DNA of 64,000 bases from a virus. The first letter of the stretch is position 1. Every line of letters begins with the position of its first letter. Shown piece after piece: positions 43,888-52,722 of this stretch. The notes beneath the pieces are model-generated. The model did not search any database. It was not told where the DNA came from and saw only the letters and a list, made by a program, of their open reading frames with translations. Both the position numbers and the translations under genes were made by a program. The stretch covers positions 32,001 to 96,000 of the IMG/VR virus record IMGVR_UViG_3300043540_000091; one strand, given 5' to 3'.

Positions 43888-46065
43888 CTACTCTCCCTTC
43901 TTGTCGTCCTTGATCACCTTGGACATGTCGGCGACGGCCTTCTTCGCTTCCTTGCGCCAGCGCTCCATGTGAGCGTCGACAAGGTCGTTGTGTCTGCGAA
44001 GCAACTTTCTCGAGATCGAGTTGTGATTGTTCTTGATGGCCTTCTCCAAGACGACATAGTTTGCGGCAGCCCACTGAATGTTCTTGGTTGAGATCTCCTT
44101 GATCTGATCAAGAGGCTTCTCTGCCTTGGACGTCTGTTCCGGCGGTGGATTGGAGTCTCCCGAATCTTGGTTAGAATCACCGGAGTCACCCGAATCTGGG
44201 TTACCCTCGTCTTCTCCTCCCTCTTCGGGACCTCCCGCTGAGGTTTGCATGGCCTGCTGCTGTACCATCATCTCCTGCTGCATGGCGATCTGAGCCTTCT
44301 GAAGCACGATCTGTTGTTGCTGGAACCAGAACGGATCACGGATGTACTGATAGCGAGGATCTTGTGCTGCGCCCTTCTGCTTGAAGAGATTCTCTAGGAT
44401 CACGCCGACCGGCACGTACTTATCAAGGACGGCCTGCATCTGCGGGTTCAGAGGGAAGTCGCCGCCAAGCTCGGCGGGGACCGGATTCTTCTCCACCTGC
44501 TTCATGACCTCGTTGTAGGTCATATGGACGGCCATGTCCTGCTGGAGTCGAGTGTTCTCCTTCTCGGGAGAGTCCTTCTCGAGACCTGTCATAACGATCT
44601 GGTGAGTCTTTGCAAGCTCGGAGTCGACGAACGGGAGGATGTGACTGTTGAGGAAATCCTGGATGTCCTGCAGCAACGGGCGCAAACCCACGTCGCGAGC
44701 AGCTGTGAGCTTCCATTCGTTGTCAGACTCGGAGAGGGCCTGAGTGTTCGTGCCGCGAGCAAGGTGCGCGTAGCCAGGAAGCTCTTCAGGAGACATCTGG
44801 AATGACGACAGGATCACACGAGCGTTGTTGTCCATGAGGTACTGGAACTCGGCGTCGCGGCCAGAATTATCGATCGGCTGCCATGAGAGTTCATCGTCAG
44901 TTCCGACGCCGAACACCGGCATGCGCCATGCGTTCTGGACAGAGTTGATGGACTGGTGGAACTGCAAGCGGATGCGCTGTACTGCCGCCTCATCGACGGA
45001 GTCAGACTTGAAGATTAACATTCCCTTTGCTGCGCGACCGTGCTGGAAGTACAGCTTGTTGTGCACCGTGATGTTGATATGAGTCGTGATGGCGTTCAAG
45101 GCCTGATCGATTGGAGTTAGCGGATAGCCAGAGAACTCGACGTTGGTAGTCGGGTACAGATTGTAGACCACCATCTCATCTTCTGTGAAGGCCTGAGATG
45201 GTTTACCTTCGATCACCTGAACGTAGCGGTATTCATCTTTCTTGTACTTCTCGATGTCGATCTTCTTGTTCTTCAGCTCAGACAATAGGCGGATGGCTTC
45301 AGTCCGAAGCGACTGGTCTTGCTCCTTCTTGGGCATGACCTTGTACATGGTACCAGCGTCGGATGCACGCCACGCGTACAGCTCGCTCTTACCGGTCTTG
45401 ATGTTGCGTTTCCAAACTCGTTCACATGCGAAGCGTCCGTACGCTAAGCCATCGCGAGTGATCAGCTTCAGGAACTGACTGAGGTTCACCTGGTTCAACT
45501 CATCGTCGAGAGCGCCATGGCCACAGCGCCACAGTATCTTCTTGGCACCGTCGATACGCTCTTGGATTTGCTTTGCTTCTTCCTCTGAGCGCTTGCGGTT
45601 CTTGTCCATTTCCTGGAACTCGAAACCCATGGAGAATCGATCGGTGCGAGGACGACCGAACGAGCCGATCATGTTAGAGCGTGCTTGTAAGATCTGGTTG
45701 ACAAGCTCGTCGCCGCCAGGACCTGTGATGCGTTTCAAGATATGGTCAGGAGTAAGGTTGGATTTTAGTCGATAGAAGCCCATCCCCGTCGCATAGTTTG
45801 CGCGTGGATCGACCTCGAACGCCATCCGGTCTACGCCGTCAGGCTGAGAAGCTATACGTTCGTTCTGTTGCCGGATGGACTTTAGGATGAGGCCAAGTAC
45901 AGAGTTACCTTCCGCCTTCTCGAACGGTTCGCCCTTGTCGGCTGCGGCATTCTGCGCCTCCCGATCTGCCTCTTCCTTCTTCAAGAGGTTATACGAGTTC
46001 ATGTCCAGCGCAACTATCTGCTGGACATGCTTAGCCGGTTTTGGACCGCTCTTATCTTTGGCCAC
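43888..46065 (-). CDS. portal protein
   Basis: FLKLITRDGLAYG, GYPLTPID, NKLYFQHGRAAKGML, NAWRMPV, DAEFQYL, RDVGLRPLL. Confidence 0.9.
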   Translation of the reverse strand: MAKDKSGPKPAKHVQQIVALDMNSYNLLKKEEADREAQNAAADKGEPFEKAEGNSVLGLILKSIRQQNERIASQPDGVDRMAFEVDPRANYATGMGFYRLKSNLTPDHILKRITGPGGDELVNQILQARSNMIGSFGRPRTDRFSMGFEFQEMDKNRKRSEEEAKQIQERIDGAKKILWRCGHGALDDELNQVNLSQFLKLITRDGLAYGRFACERVWKRNIKTGKSELYAWRASDAGTMYKVMPKKEQDQSLRTEAIRLLSELKNKKIDIEKYKKDEYRYVQVIEGKPSQAFTEDEMVVYNLYPTTNVEFSGYPLTPIDQALNAITTHINITVHNKLYFQHGRAAKGMLIFKSDSVDEAAVQRIRLQFHQSINSVQNAWRMPVFGVGTDDELSWQPIDNSGRDAEFQYLMDNNARVILSSFQMSPEELPGYAHLARGTNTQALSESDNEWKLTAARDVGLRPLLQDIQDFLNSHILPFVDSELAKTHQIVMTGLEKDSPEKENTRLQQDMAVHMTYNEVMKQVEKNPVPAELGGDFPLNPQMQAVLDKYVPVGVILENLFKQKGAAQDPRYQYIRDPFWFQQQQIVLQKAQIAMQQEMMVQQQAMQTSAGGPEEGGEDEGNPDSGDSGDSNQDSGDSNPPPEQTSKAEKPLDQIKEISTKNIQWAAANYVVLEKAIKNNHNSISRKLLRRHNDLVDAHMERWRKEAKKAVADMSKVIKDDKKGE

Positions 46066-46069
46066 TCAG

Positions 46070-47044
46070 TTACTCCACCGTGAAGAACTTGATCGTGCAA
46101 CTGTTCACTGACAGGTTCTTTACCTGGCAGGCATACGCGTCTCCCCATTTCTGGTGCACGCCACGCAGCATTGGGTTACCAGCCTCGATGGGCTGGAGGA
46201 CGTTCAGATCGTCTGTCTGACCGTTGAACCGAATCGAACACACCTGATCCACCTCACAGTAGATCATACGCTTAACTCCGGTGTAGAACACGATCGAGCC
46301 AGGAACATACATAAGGCCGGTCTCTTCCGGAATAGCGGCGGTAGACACGAAGTCGATCGCGGTCGGAGTCGAGTTCAGGACCGTGTAGGTCCGCTGGGAA
46401 ACCTGGCTGAAGGTACCGTTGATCTGGAACTGCATTCCAGGCCGGATTGTATCGTCCGCGAAGAACTGTACGTCGGAGCCTACCGACGCAACGGTTTCAG
46501 CAACGGCCTCGAAGGGTTCGCCAACCTGACGAACGCACGAGACCTTGGTACCATTGACTCCAATAACCTTCCAGATACCTGAATTTATTGGATTAAACTG
46601 AAAAGGTCCAGTGTCATACGTGTTGTCGCCATTGATCTTCATGATGTCGCCGACGACGATGGGAAGCGTTGCGCCGGTGAAGTCAAAGACGGCCACAGAC
46701 TGGTTGTTCACGGTCACGGTGCACTGGCCGAGACCGGCGGCTGCGCGTGGCGTACGGAAGGCATATGGTCCGGAGGCAACTTCGAGGCGATAGACGCTGT
46801 CCTGGGCGCTGACTTGGGTAATCTGGACCATGGAAGATATGAGAAGACCGGTGGACACCGTGTTCTGGACGATGGTGAATACTTCTCCAGGCGCGAGAGT
46901 CTTCGAGTCGCCTGACGGGTTCTTACAAGCAATGGCTTCAAGCCTGCGACGGTGATCAAACGCCCGTTCGTGCGGATTGTCCGTCACTGAGGGATCTGAA
47001 TAACACAGTAGCTGGTTGATAAGATTGAGGATATGGTCATTCAT
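46070..47044 (-). CDS. beta-rich virion structural protein
   Basis: 324 aa between terminase and portal, preceded by late motif. Confidence 0.65.
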   Translation of the reverse strand: MNDHILNLINQLLCYSDPSVTDNPHERAFDHRRRLEAIACKNPSGDSKTLAPGEVFTIVQNTVSTGLLISSMVQITQVSAQDSVYRLEVASGPYAFRTPRAAAGLGQCTVTVNNQSVAVFDFTGATLPIVVGDIMKINGDNTYDTGPFQFNPINSGIWKVIGVNGTKVSCVRQVGEPFEAVAETVASVGSDVQFFADDTIRPGMQFQINGTFSQVSQRTYTVLNSTPTAIDFVSTAAIPEETGLMYVPGSIVFYTGVKRMIYCEVDQVCSIRFNGQTDDLNVLQPIEAGNPMLRGVHQKWGDAYACQVKNLSVNSCTIKFFTVE

Positions 47045-47074
47045 CGTCTACCGCCTATACTCCAAGTACTTGAA

Positions 47075-47082
47075 AGATTAGG
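47075..47082 (-). promoter_or_regulatory. putative late promoter CCTAATCT
   Basis: Exact 8-mer overlapping the terminase TAA stop. Confidence 0.65.
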
Positions 47083-48961
47083 TATCTTCATCGTCAGCTC
47101 CGAAGTCCCAGATCACGTTTCCGTCCGCAGACTTGCCCTGCGGGGCACCCTTGTCCGCCGTGGCTAAATTTCGCACCTTCTGAGTCATCCAGTCCTCGAA
47201 TCTGTTGTCCTTGCCGAACTCCGACATCTTAGGCATGGTATCCTGACTCGGGGATACCGCGCTACCCTTCGGACGGAACAGGTTCTGGGCCTGATAACGT
47301 ACGGTGTCCGCGATATCTGCGTATTCCCCGTCATCTGGATCTTTGGTTATGTTTCCTAGGGTATCCAGCTTGAAGCAATGCTCGGCGAACATCTTGATGA
47401 ACAGCTCGGTGCGCTCATGTTTGATCACCTTCAGCGACCTCTGGCCGCCAGCATTGATGATCTGACCGCGAACGGCCTCGATGCCGCCGCGAACGTCCTT
47501 GACGAAGTCTTGGCATGGCATTCGGCGCTTCTTGAACTCCTTGATGAACATGGGCTCAGATGTATCCGCGAACCACTTTACGACTCGGTACATGTCGCGG
47601 ACGGATATCGCGAGGTCGATCATCTGCTGGAACTCAAGTCCTGGAACCGAGTATGCGTCGATCAACCACCACTCGTTCTGGATCTTCGCGCTGACGGATA
47701 TGGCGAAGGCGTGCGTCGTACCCCAGTCGACACCGGCGTAGAACTTGATATCGCGCTGCAACATGAGAGTGACGAGATCGTTCAGCGTAGCGTAACCTGG
47801 CATCTTCTCGCCGGTATAATGCTCCCACGCCTGGGCCAGAGAGTAGGTGTTGGCGGTACCGTCGTCCTTGTCAAGGAAACGTGGATACACCATCCCTTGC
47901 GAAGATGGTTTCCAGCACATCAGCTGTGCTTCTGCCAGATCAGGATCGTCGTTCGAGAAGAACTGAGAGATCGTGAAGTCGATCGGCTTCCAGAGTCCGC
48001 CCTTGTCGTTCTCCGACCGGTGAGCGAGCCGTCCGCGACAGACCGGTAGCAAGGGACACTTCGCGCATCCTCCCATGGCCTCGATCTCGTCATATGCGTC
48101 CTTCTCTCGATCGGCCAAGGATTCAAACTGGTCCTTGGTTATCGTCTTGAGCGGGAGGTTCTTGGCGACGTACACGGTCTCCTTAGGAAGATCAGGTCGA
48201 TGACGCTCAGGCTGGCACTTCTCCGTGATGTCTATGATGTTCCATCGGAAGATCCTATATCCATACTTACGCGCCTTGTCCATCTCTTTCGAGAACAGGC
48301 CGCCTGGGAACTTCATCGTAGAAGTCTTGATGGTTACTGGATGCTGACCGTTGAACACTCCAGGGATGAATCGAGCTTCCTTGTACGCGCGTTGCTGTTC
48401 CTTGGAGCGAATCGTGTCGATCTCGTCGATCGTGAAGATATTCGTATGAGCGCTGTTCGCTCCAGTGATGGTACACACGATGATCTTCATGTACGCGGTT
48501 CGTTCCGTTGGCAAACCTTCGTCAAACTTCAGCGAGATTTCCTTGGCGTTCTGGGCGTCGAGAGTGATCTTGTGGTAATCGAGGTACGGCTTGATCTTCT
48601 GGATGAAGCTCTCGATGTATGTCTGCGCAGCCGTAGCCTGTGGCACGATCGCGGCCATGTGAGCGATGGAAGCTCCGAACTGCGCCATCATGATGATTGC
48701 GAAGACAGCTTCCGACAAAGTCTTGTAAGATTCACGAGAAGAGATGACTATCGTATCGGGCGATAGATTGGCCTGGTTCGCCTCGTACATTTTGTATGTC
48801 TCGTAGATCCAATGTATCGGACTGGAGTTACTGTCCGGATCTACCCACGAGTCTGGGAACTCGAGGTCGAGGAAGTTATGAATCCACTGCTTCACATGCT
48901 CAGGCGTAGTGAATCGAACAAGGAACGTCTTTGCTAAGTTCTCGTCGATCTTAACGGCCAT
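47078..48961 (-). CDS. terL: terminase large subunit
   Basis: Walker A-like SSRESYKT, Walker B FTIDEID, TST motif III, RNase H-fold nuclease GVDWG ... DIADTVRY. Confidence 0.92.
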   Translation of the reverse strand: MAVKIDENLAKTFLVRFTTPEHVKQWIHNFLDLEFPDSWVDPDSNSSPIHWIYETYKMYEANQANLSPDTIVISSRESYKTLSEAVFAIIMMAQFGASIAHMAAIVPQATAAQTYIESFIQKIKPYLDYHKITLDAQNAKEISLKFDEGLPTERTAYMKIIVCTITGANSAHTNIFTIDEIDTIRSKEQQRAYKEARFIPGVFNGQHPVTIKTSTMKFPGGLFSKEMDKARKYGYRIFRWNIIDITEKCQPERHRPDLPKETVYVAKNLPLKTITKDQFESLADREKDAYDEIEAMGGCAKCPLLPVCRGRLAHRSENDKGGLWKPIDFTISQFFSNDDPDLAEAQLMCWKPSSQGMVYPRFLDKDDGTANTYSLAQAWEHYTGEKMPGYATLNDLVTLMLQRDIKFYAGVDWGTTHAFAISVSAKIQNEWWLIDAYSVPGLEFQQMIDLAISVRDMYRVVKWFADTSEPMFIKEFKKRRMPCQDFVKDVRGGIEAVRGQIINAGGQRSLKVIKHERTELFIKMFAEHCFKLDTLGNITKDPDDGEYADIADTVRYQAQNLFRPKGSAVSPSQDTMPKMSEFGKDNRFEDWMTQKVRNLATADKGAPQGKSADGNVIWDFGADDEDT

Positions 48962-49364
48962 GAAGCGGCGTCCTCATAAGGCCTGCGGACTCGAGATCCG
49001 CATCCGTCAGGGACGCAAGCTGAACATCGTTCTTGGTGAGGAGAAGTATGGCCTTATCCTTGCCATGACCTCTCAAGTAGTCCCTGATATGGTTGAAAGT
49101 ATCGTACCGAAGCATGCGCTCATCCGCGACCTTGATCCACACGATGTCGCCGAGGCGATTGAAGTCCACCAGCTCGAGCTGGCTGCGGACGTCCAGTGAT
49201 GTATTCCGGTCCAGCCGAGCGACATCGGCGCGAAGCTTGGCGATCTCGAGGGCGGCGTCCTTCAACGTGATGCGATACACGTTGTTGAGGCCCATGATCG
49301 AGCACAGTTTGTCGTGCAGCCACAGTTTGATCTGAAAGATGGTGACCTTAAGACTTTGCATCAC
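48951..49364 (-). CDS. hypothetical protein
   Basis: 137-aa ORF overlapping both neighbours. Confidence 0.6.
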   Translation of the reverse strand: MMQSLKVTIFQIKLWLHDKLCSIMGLNNVYRITLKDAALEIAKLRADVARLDRNTSLDVRSQLELVDFNRLGDIVWIKVADERMLRYDTFNHIRDYLRGHGKDKAILLLTKNDVQLASLTDADLESAGLMRTPLHGR

Positions 49365-49998
49365 TCACCGCTTTCTTCTTCTTGGCGTCTGACATGATCT
49401 TGAGTACCGCAGCCGCGTCTTCAGGAGACAGATCGCTCGTTCCCGTGTTCACGTTTACGTTGAAGTTCTGGGTATTCTCTGTCTTAGTCTTGATGACTCG
49501 ATCCTGTCCCGTGATCTTTAACAGGCCTTCCGTGACCTTGAGCAAACCTTGCAAGGATTCGATGTTTATGACGCCGTCGAGGTCCTTCTCGTCGCCCGAC
49601 TGGATGAACTTCTTGAGCTTGTCGCTATGCTTGCGCCGAGCGGCGGCCAGCATGTCGGTCATGAGTTCAGTCGTTTCCATCTGGGCCTTTAGGACCTTGG
49701 TCTTGATCTTGTCCTGAAGCTCGCTGCAGTAGTCGTCGCGCTTCTGAGTCCACTTGTACCTGACCTGGGCATCGAGGATACCTCCAAGAGGAAAAGCCTT
49801 GTTTATACGCTGGATCTCGCGAGCGTCAGATCCATTGAGAAATAGTTCAAACATCCGTGCGCTCGCATCCGGTGACAGCGGATGTCCACCTGCAGCTAAG
49901 TACTCAGTAAGAACTGTCAGATCCTCCGGTGAGAGGTCTGTATTGGCGTACGCTACGTACTCTTCTGGTCTATAAAGCTGCAAGGACTTCTCTGCCAT
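49348..49998 (-). CDS. putative terminase small subunit
   Basis: Helical HTH-like N-terminus, YKWTQKRD, oligomerisation helices; two genes upstream of terL. Confidence 0.5.
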   Translation of the reverse strand: MAEKSLQLYRPEEYVAYANTDLSPEDLTVLTEYLAAGGHPLSPDASARMFELFLNGSDAREIQRINKAFPLGGILDAQVRYKWTQKRDDYCSELQDKIKTKVLKAQMETTELMTDMLAAARRKHSDKLKKFIQSGDEKDLDGVINIESLQGLLKVTEGLLKITGQDRVIKTKTENTQNFNVNVNTGTSDLSPEDAAAVLKIMSDAKKKKAVSDAKS

Positions 49999-50004
49999 GC
50001 CAGT

Positions 50005-50013
50005 ATAATACCA
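50005..50013 (-). promoter_or_regulatory. extended -10 promoter TGGTATTAT, 6 nt before ATG (leaderless)
   Basis: TGn-TATTAT-N6-ATG 49998, no SD. Confidence 0.55.
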
Positions 50014-50016
50014 CAC

Positions 50017-50346
50017 TTAGTGGGTAGCGCTATCGAAGACTCTCTTCTTGTTGACCTTGACTACGACTCTGGTCTCGTCCCATAGGATGGTCCTTACCCA
50101 TACGAGGATATTCTTGAACAGTTCCTTCTCGAACTTGGTTTCCTTGTACTTCGGAGACTCGCACTCGAGGGTGACGGCCTTGTTCTCCGGATCAACCTTG
50201 GCTACAACCCTGGCTATCTGCTTGCTTAGCCTGGGCCAGCTGATCAGCTGAAGCTTCTGGGCCTCATGGATGCCGCCGGTACGGACGGTCATCGCCTTCA
50301 GGTGCATGAGCTGTTCCATGACGTTCGTTTCATTGACGCCGCTCAT
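50017..50346 (-). CDS. hypothetical protein
   Basis: ATG 50346 with ATGA overlap and GAGGA RBS. Confidence 0.65.
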   Translation of the reverse strand: MSGVNETNVMEQLMHLKAMTVRTGGIHEAQKLQLISWPRLSKQIARVVAKVDPENKAVTLECESPKYKETKFEKELFKNILVWVRTILWDETRVVVKVNKKRVFDSATH

Positions 50347-51416
50347 ATGTTGCCGTTCCTCAAGGTCGGGCACATGTCGTACACCTTCTTGAGAACTTCC
50401 TCTTGTATATCCTTCGGGACCTGATTGATCTCGAAGAACTCGCTCGAGAACTTGATGAACGATGCTGGCACGCCTTCCGACTCTTTCACCGACACTTTTA
50501 CCGATTCATCGGTATAGGTGGAGCTTGCCTTGATGCCTCCTGGCAGCTGGCGCTCCGTCTTCTTGACGAAGTCCTTCGTTCCTGTGATGTGAACGTAAAC
50601 TCGGTTGGCCTTGATCTTCTTGACGACCTCTTCAACCTTGGCGATCTGCTCGGCGGCGCTTGGACCTTCCTCGATCGACAACTTCGTGAACGGAGACCAG
50701 ACTTCCCACGGAGTCTCCTGGAAGTAGATCTCGCCGGTGCTCAAGGTCATCACATGGATACCCTTCACGGTACCAACATCTGACTTGTTGAGATGTCGTG
50801 GTGTTCCGAAGTAGTAGATGTTGTCACCAAGACGCTGGCAGAGATGAATATGACCAGAGAAGAACTGCAGGTCCTTCGGGTAGCGATCGATCTTGAAACC
50901 GTGCGGCGCGTAGTATCCTGACTCAAACTGCGCTCCGTCAAACTCAGCGTGGCAGAAGATCTTCCGTGCGCCCTTGTTGTAGAGTTCCATCACCTTTGAG
51001 TAGAACTTCTCCTCGTTCCGGATGAATCCAATGATTCCGACCGTGTCCGTGAGCATTGAACCTTCAGCTCCTGTAACGACAGTGTAGTCGCCGTGGACGT
51101 CCAAGGCGTTGGCGGTCTCCTGCTGGTTCATGTCATGATTGCCGACGATCGACTCAGACGGATAACCAAGGTTGACAAGGATGTACTTGTACGCCCAGGT
51201 CCAGAACTGTTCGATCAATACTTCCTTCACGCCGAACTTGTCGTACAGATCTCCCATGAAGATCGGTACGGCCTTCTTGCCGGTTGTGGCGGAGATATGA
51301 AGAACGCCTGCGACGAGCCACTTGATGAACGCAGTAGCCTCGGCTATGTTGCCCTCGTCTACGTGCATGTCACCTACCGGAACCAGGATCTCTGGCTTGA
51401 ATGGTCTCTCGATCAC
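50343..51416 (-). CDS. SbcD/Mre11-like metallophosphoesterase nuclease
   Basis: GDMH, GDLYD, GNHD, CH, SGHIH motifs. Confidence 0.85.
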   Translation of the reverse strand: MIERPFKPEILVPVGDMHVDEGNIAEATAFIKWLVAGVLHISATTGKKAVPIFMGDLYDKFGVKEVLIEQFWTWAYKYILVNLGYPSESIVGNHDMNQQETANALDVHGDYTVVTGAEGSMLTDTVGIIGFIRNEEKFYSKVMELYNKGARKIFCHAEFDGAQFESGYYAPHGFKIDRYPKDLQFFSGHIHLCQRLGDNIYYFGTPRHLNKSDVGTVKGIHVMTLSTGEIYFQETPWEVWSPFTKLSIEEGPSAAEQIAKVEEVVKKIKANRVYVHITGTKDFVKKTERQLPGGIKASSTYTDESVKVSVKESEGVPASFIKFSSEFFEINQVPKDIQEEVLKKVYDMCPTLRNGNI

Positions 51417-51703
51417 TCGGCCTTCCTGTATCCAAAAACATACGCTTCAGGGCACAGAACGAACATGACGTCGCCGTAGCGGTACAGGCTGAGCTTCTGG
51501 AATGCGGCCTCTCCCTTGAGGAGTGCCTTGTCGCCAGCCTTCAGTTGAACTCCATCAAGAATGTAGTCCATCATTAGCTCGGCCTCGATGACCTCGACGC
51601 GAGCGACTGCCCGAGCGATACCTCCGGTAAGCTCGACGTCGACCTTCTTTGCTTCAAACGGTTTTAGGGCGAGTTCGCCCTTCTTCGTTCCCGTGACCAT
51701 CAA
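51413..51703 (-). CDS. divergent GroES-like co-chaperonin
   Basis: 96 aa; mobile-loop TGGI, LKAGDKAL, terminal FVLCPEAYVFG aligned by eye to the GroES pattern. Confidence 0.55.
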   Translation of the reverse strand: MMVTGTKKGELALKPFEAKKVDVELTGGIARAVARVEVIEAELMMDYILDGVQLKAGDKALLKGEAAFQKLSLYRYGDVMFVLCPEAYVFGYRKAE

Positions 51704-52722
51704 TCCTCCGTTATGATACCGTACATCTCGCCATGCTTCATGACGAGGACCTTCTTCTCAATCAGTTTAAGCCGCTCCAGCTGAACTGTCAACTTGGTGC
51801 GCAGCTCCTTGTTCTCGACCTTGTCGATCTCACTGTCAGGATCTCCTACGGTCTCGGACATCGGCCTGGAACCTTCTGAACTATAGTCTAGGCTCGCTAC
51901 GCTCGTGGTCGCGGCCTCAAGCTCAGCGATGTAGGACGCCGTGACTCCATTGAAGCTCTCGTTCACGAACTTCACCAGCTCTTCCTCAGTGATGTTCTCA
52001 TTGTTCTTTCGAGCCATCCGGACTCGGTACAAAATCCTGCGATCCTTCGGCGACAGCTTGATCAAGGTCGAGCTGTAATCTTCCGACATGTTCAGTCCCA
52101 TGCGCCCGATAGCCGTAGACCGGAATACGGTCTTGTATGGAGGTACGAAGTTATCGATCGCCTCGAGAAGTCCCTTTCCGGAATCTTGGATAAGGTCCAT
52201 GTACTCTACGTGGTTATGAGGCACGTTCGACCAGAAGCGCTTGGCCCAGTGAATCGCCAACGGAAGATTGTTCTCGCAGAGAAGTTGCCGATGCTGAAGG
52301 ATGGCTTCGTAGGTCTTCTGAAGACGCGCACGCGATCTGCCGTTGTAGTGGTTGACGCCGTTCTTGTCCTTATCCAGTACCCACTTGGCAAACAGATAGT
52401 TGATCCGGAAACGATGAAGCTTGCGCGGATTGCCCTCCTTGAGGATGGGGAACATTCGGTCGGAGAACGTATCTTGGCGTTCCCTGAAGTACGGCCTGAC
52501 GGACAGCTTGTTCTTCTTGTTGTTGAGGATGAAATTCATGAACTTCTTGTAAGAAACGTGACCAGACTGGCTTGCGAGCAGGATTCTCTTGAACTCATTC
52601 TCGAGTCTGAAAAGCTCGTTGAGGAGCTGGCGCTGCGACTTGCCGTTAACCTCTTCGTTCTCGCGGAGCATATCGTCCATCTCGCTGACGAACTTGCGGA
52701 AAAGATTAACTCCTTCGCTCAT
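51700..52722 (-). CDS. phage RNA polymerase sigma factor (sigma70 family, truncated region 4)
   Basis: LCENNLPLAIHWAKRF, DLIQDSGKGLLEAIDNF, region 3 VASLD; ends shortly after IEKKVLVMKHG. Confidence 0.88.
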   Translation of the reverse strand: MSEGVNLFRKFVSEMDDMLRENEEVNGKSQRQLLNELFRLENEFKRILLASQSGHVSYKKFMNFILNNKKNKLSVRPYFRERQDTFSDRMFPILKEGNPRKLHRFRINYLFAKWVLDKDKNGVNHYNGRSRARLQKTYEAILQHRQLLCENNLPLAIHWAKRFWSNVPHNHVEYMDLIQDSGKGLLEAIDNFVPPYKTVFRSTAIGRMGLNMSEDYSSTLIKLSPKDRRILYRVRMARKNNENITEEELVKFVNESFNGVTASYIAELEAATTSVASLDYSSEGSRPMSETVGDPDSEIDKVENKELRTKLTVQLERLKLIEKKVLVMKHGEMYGIITED

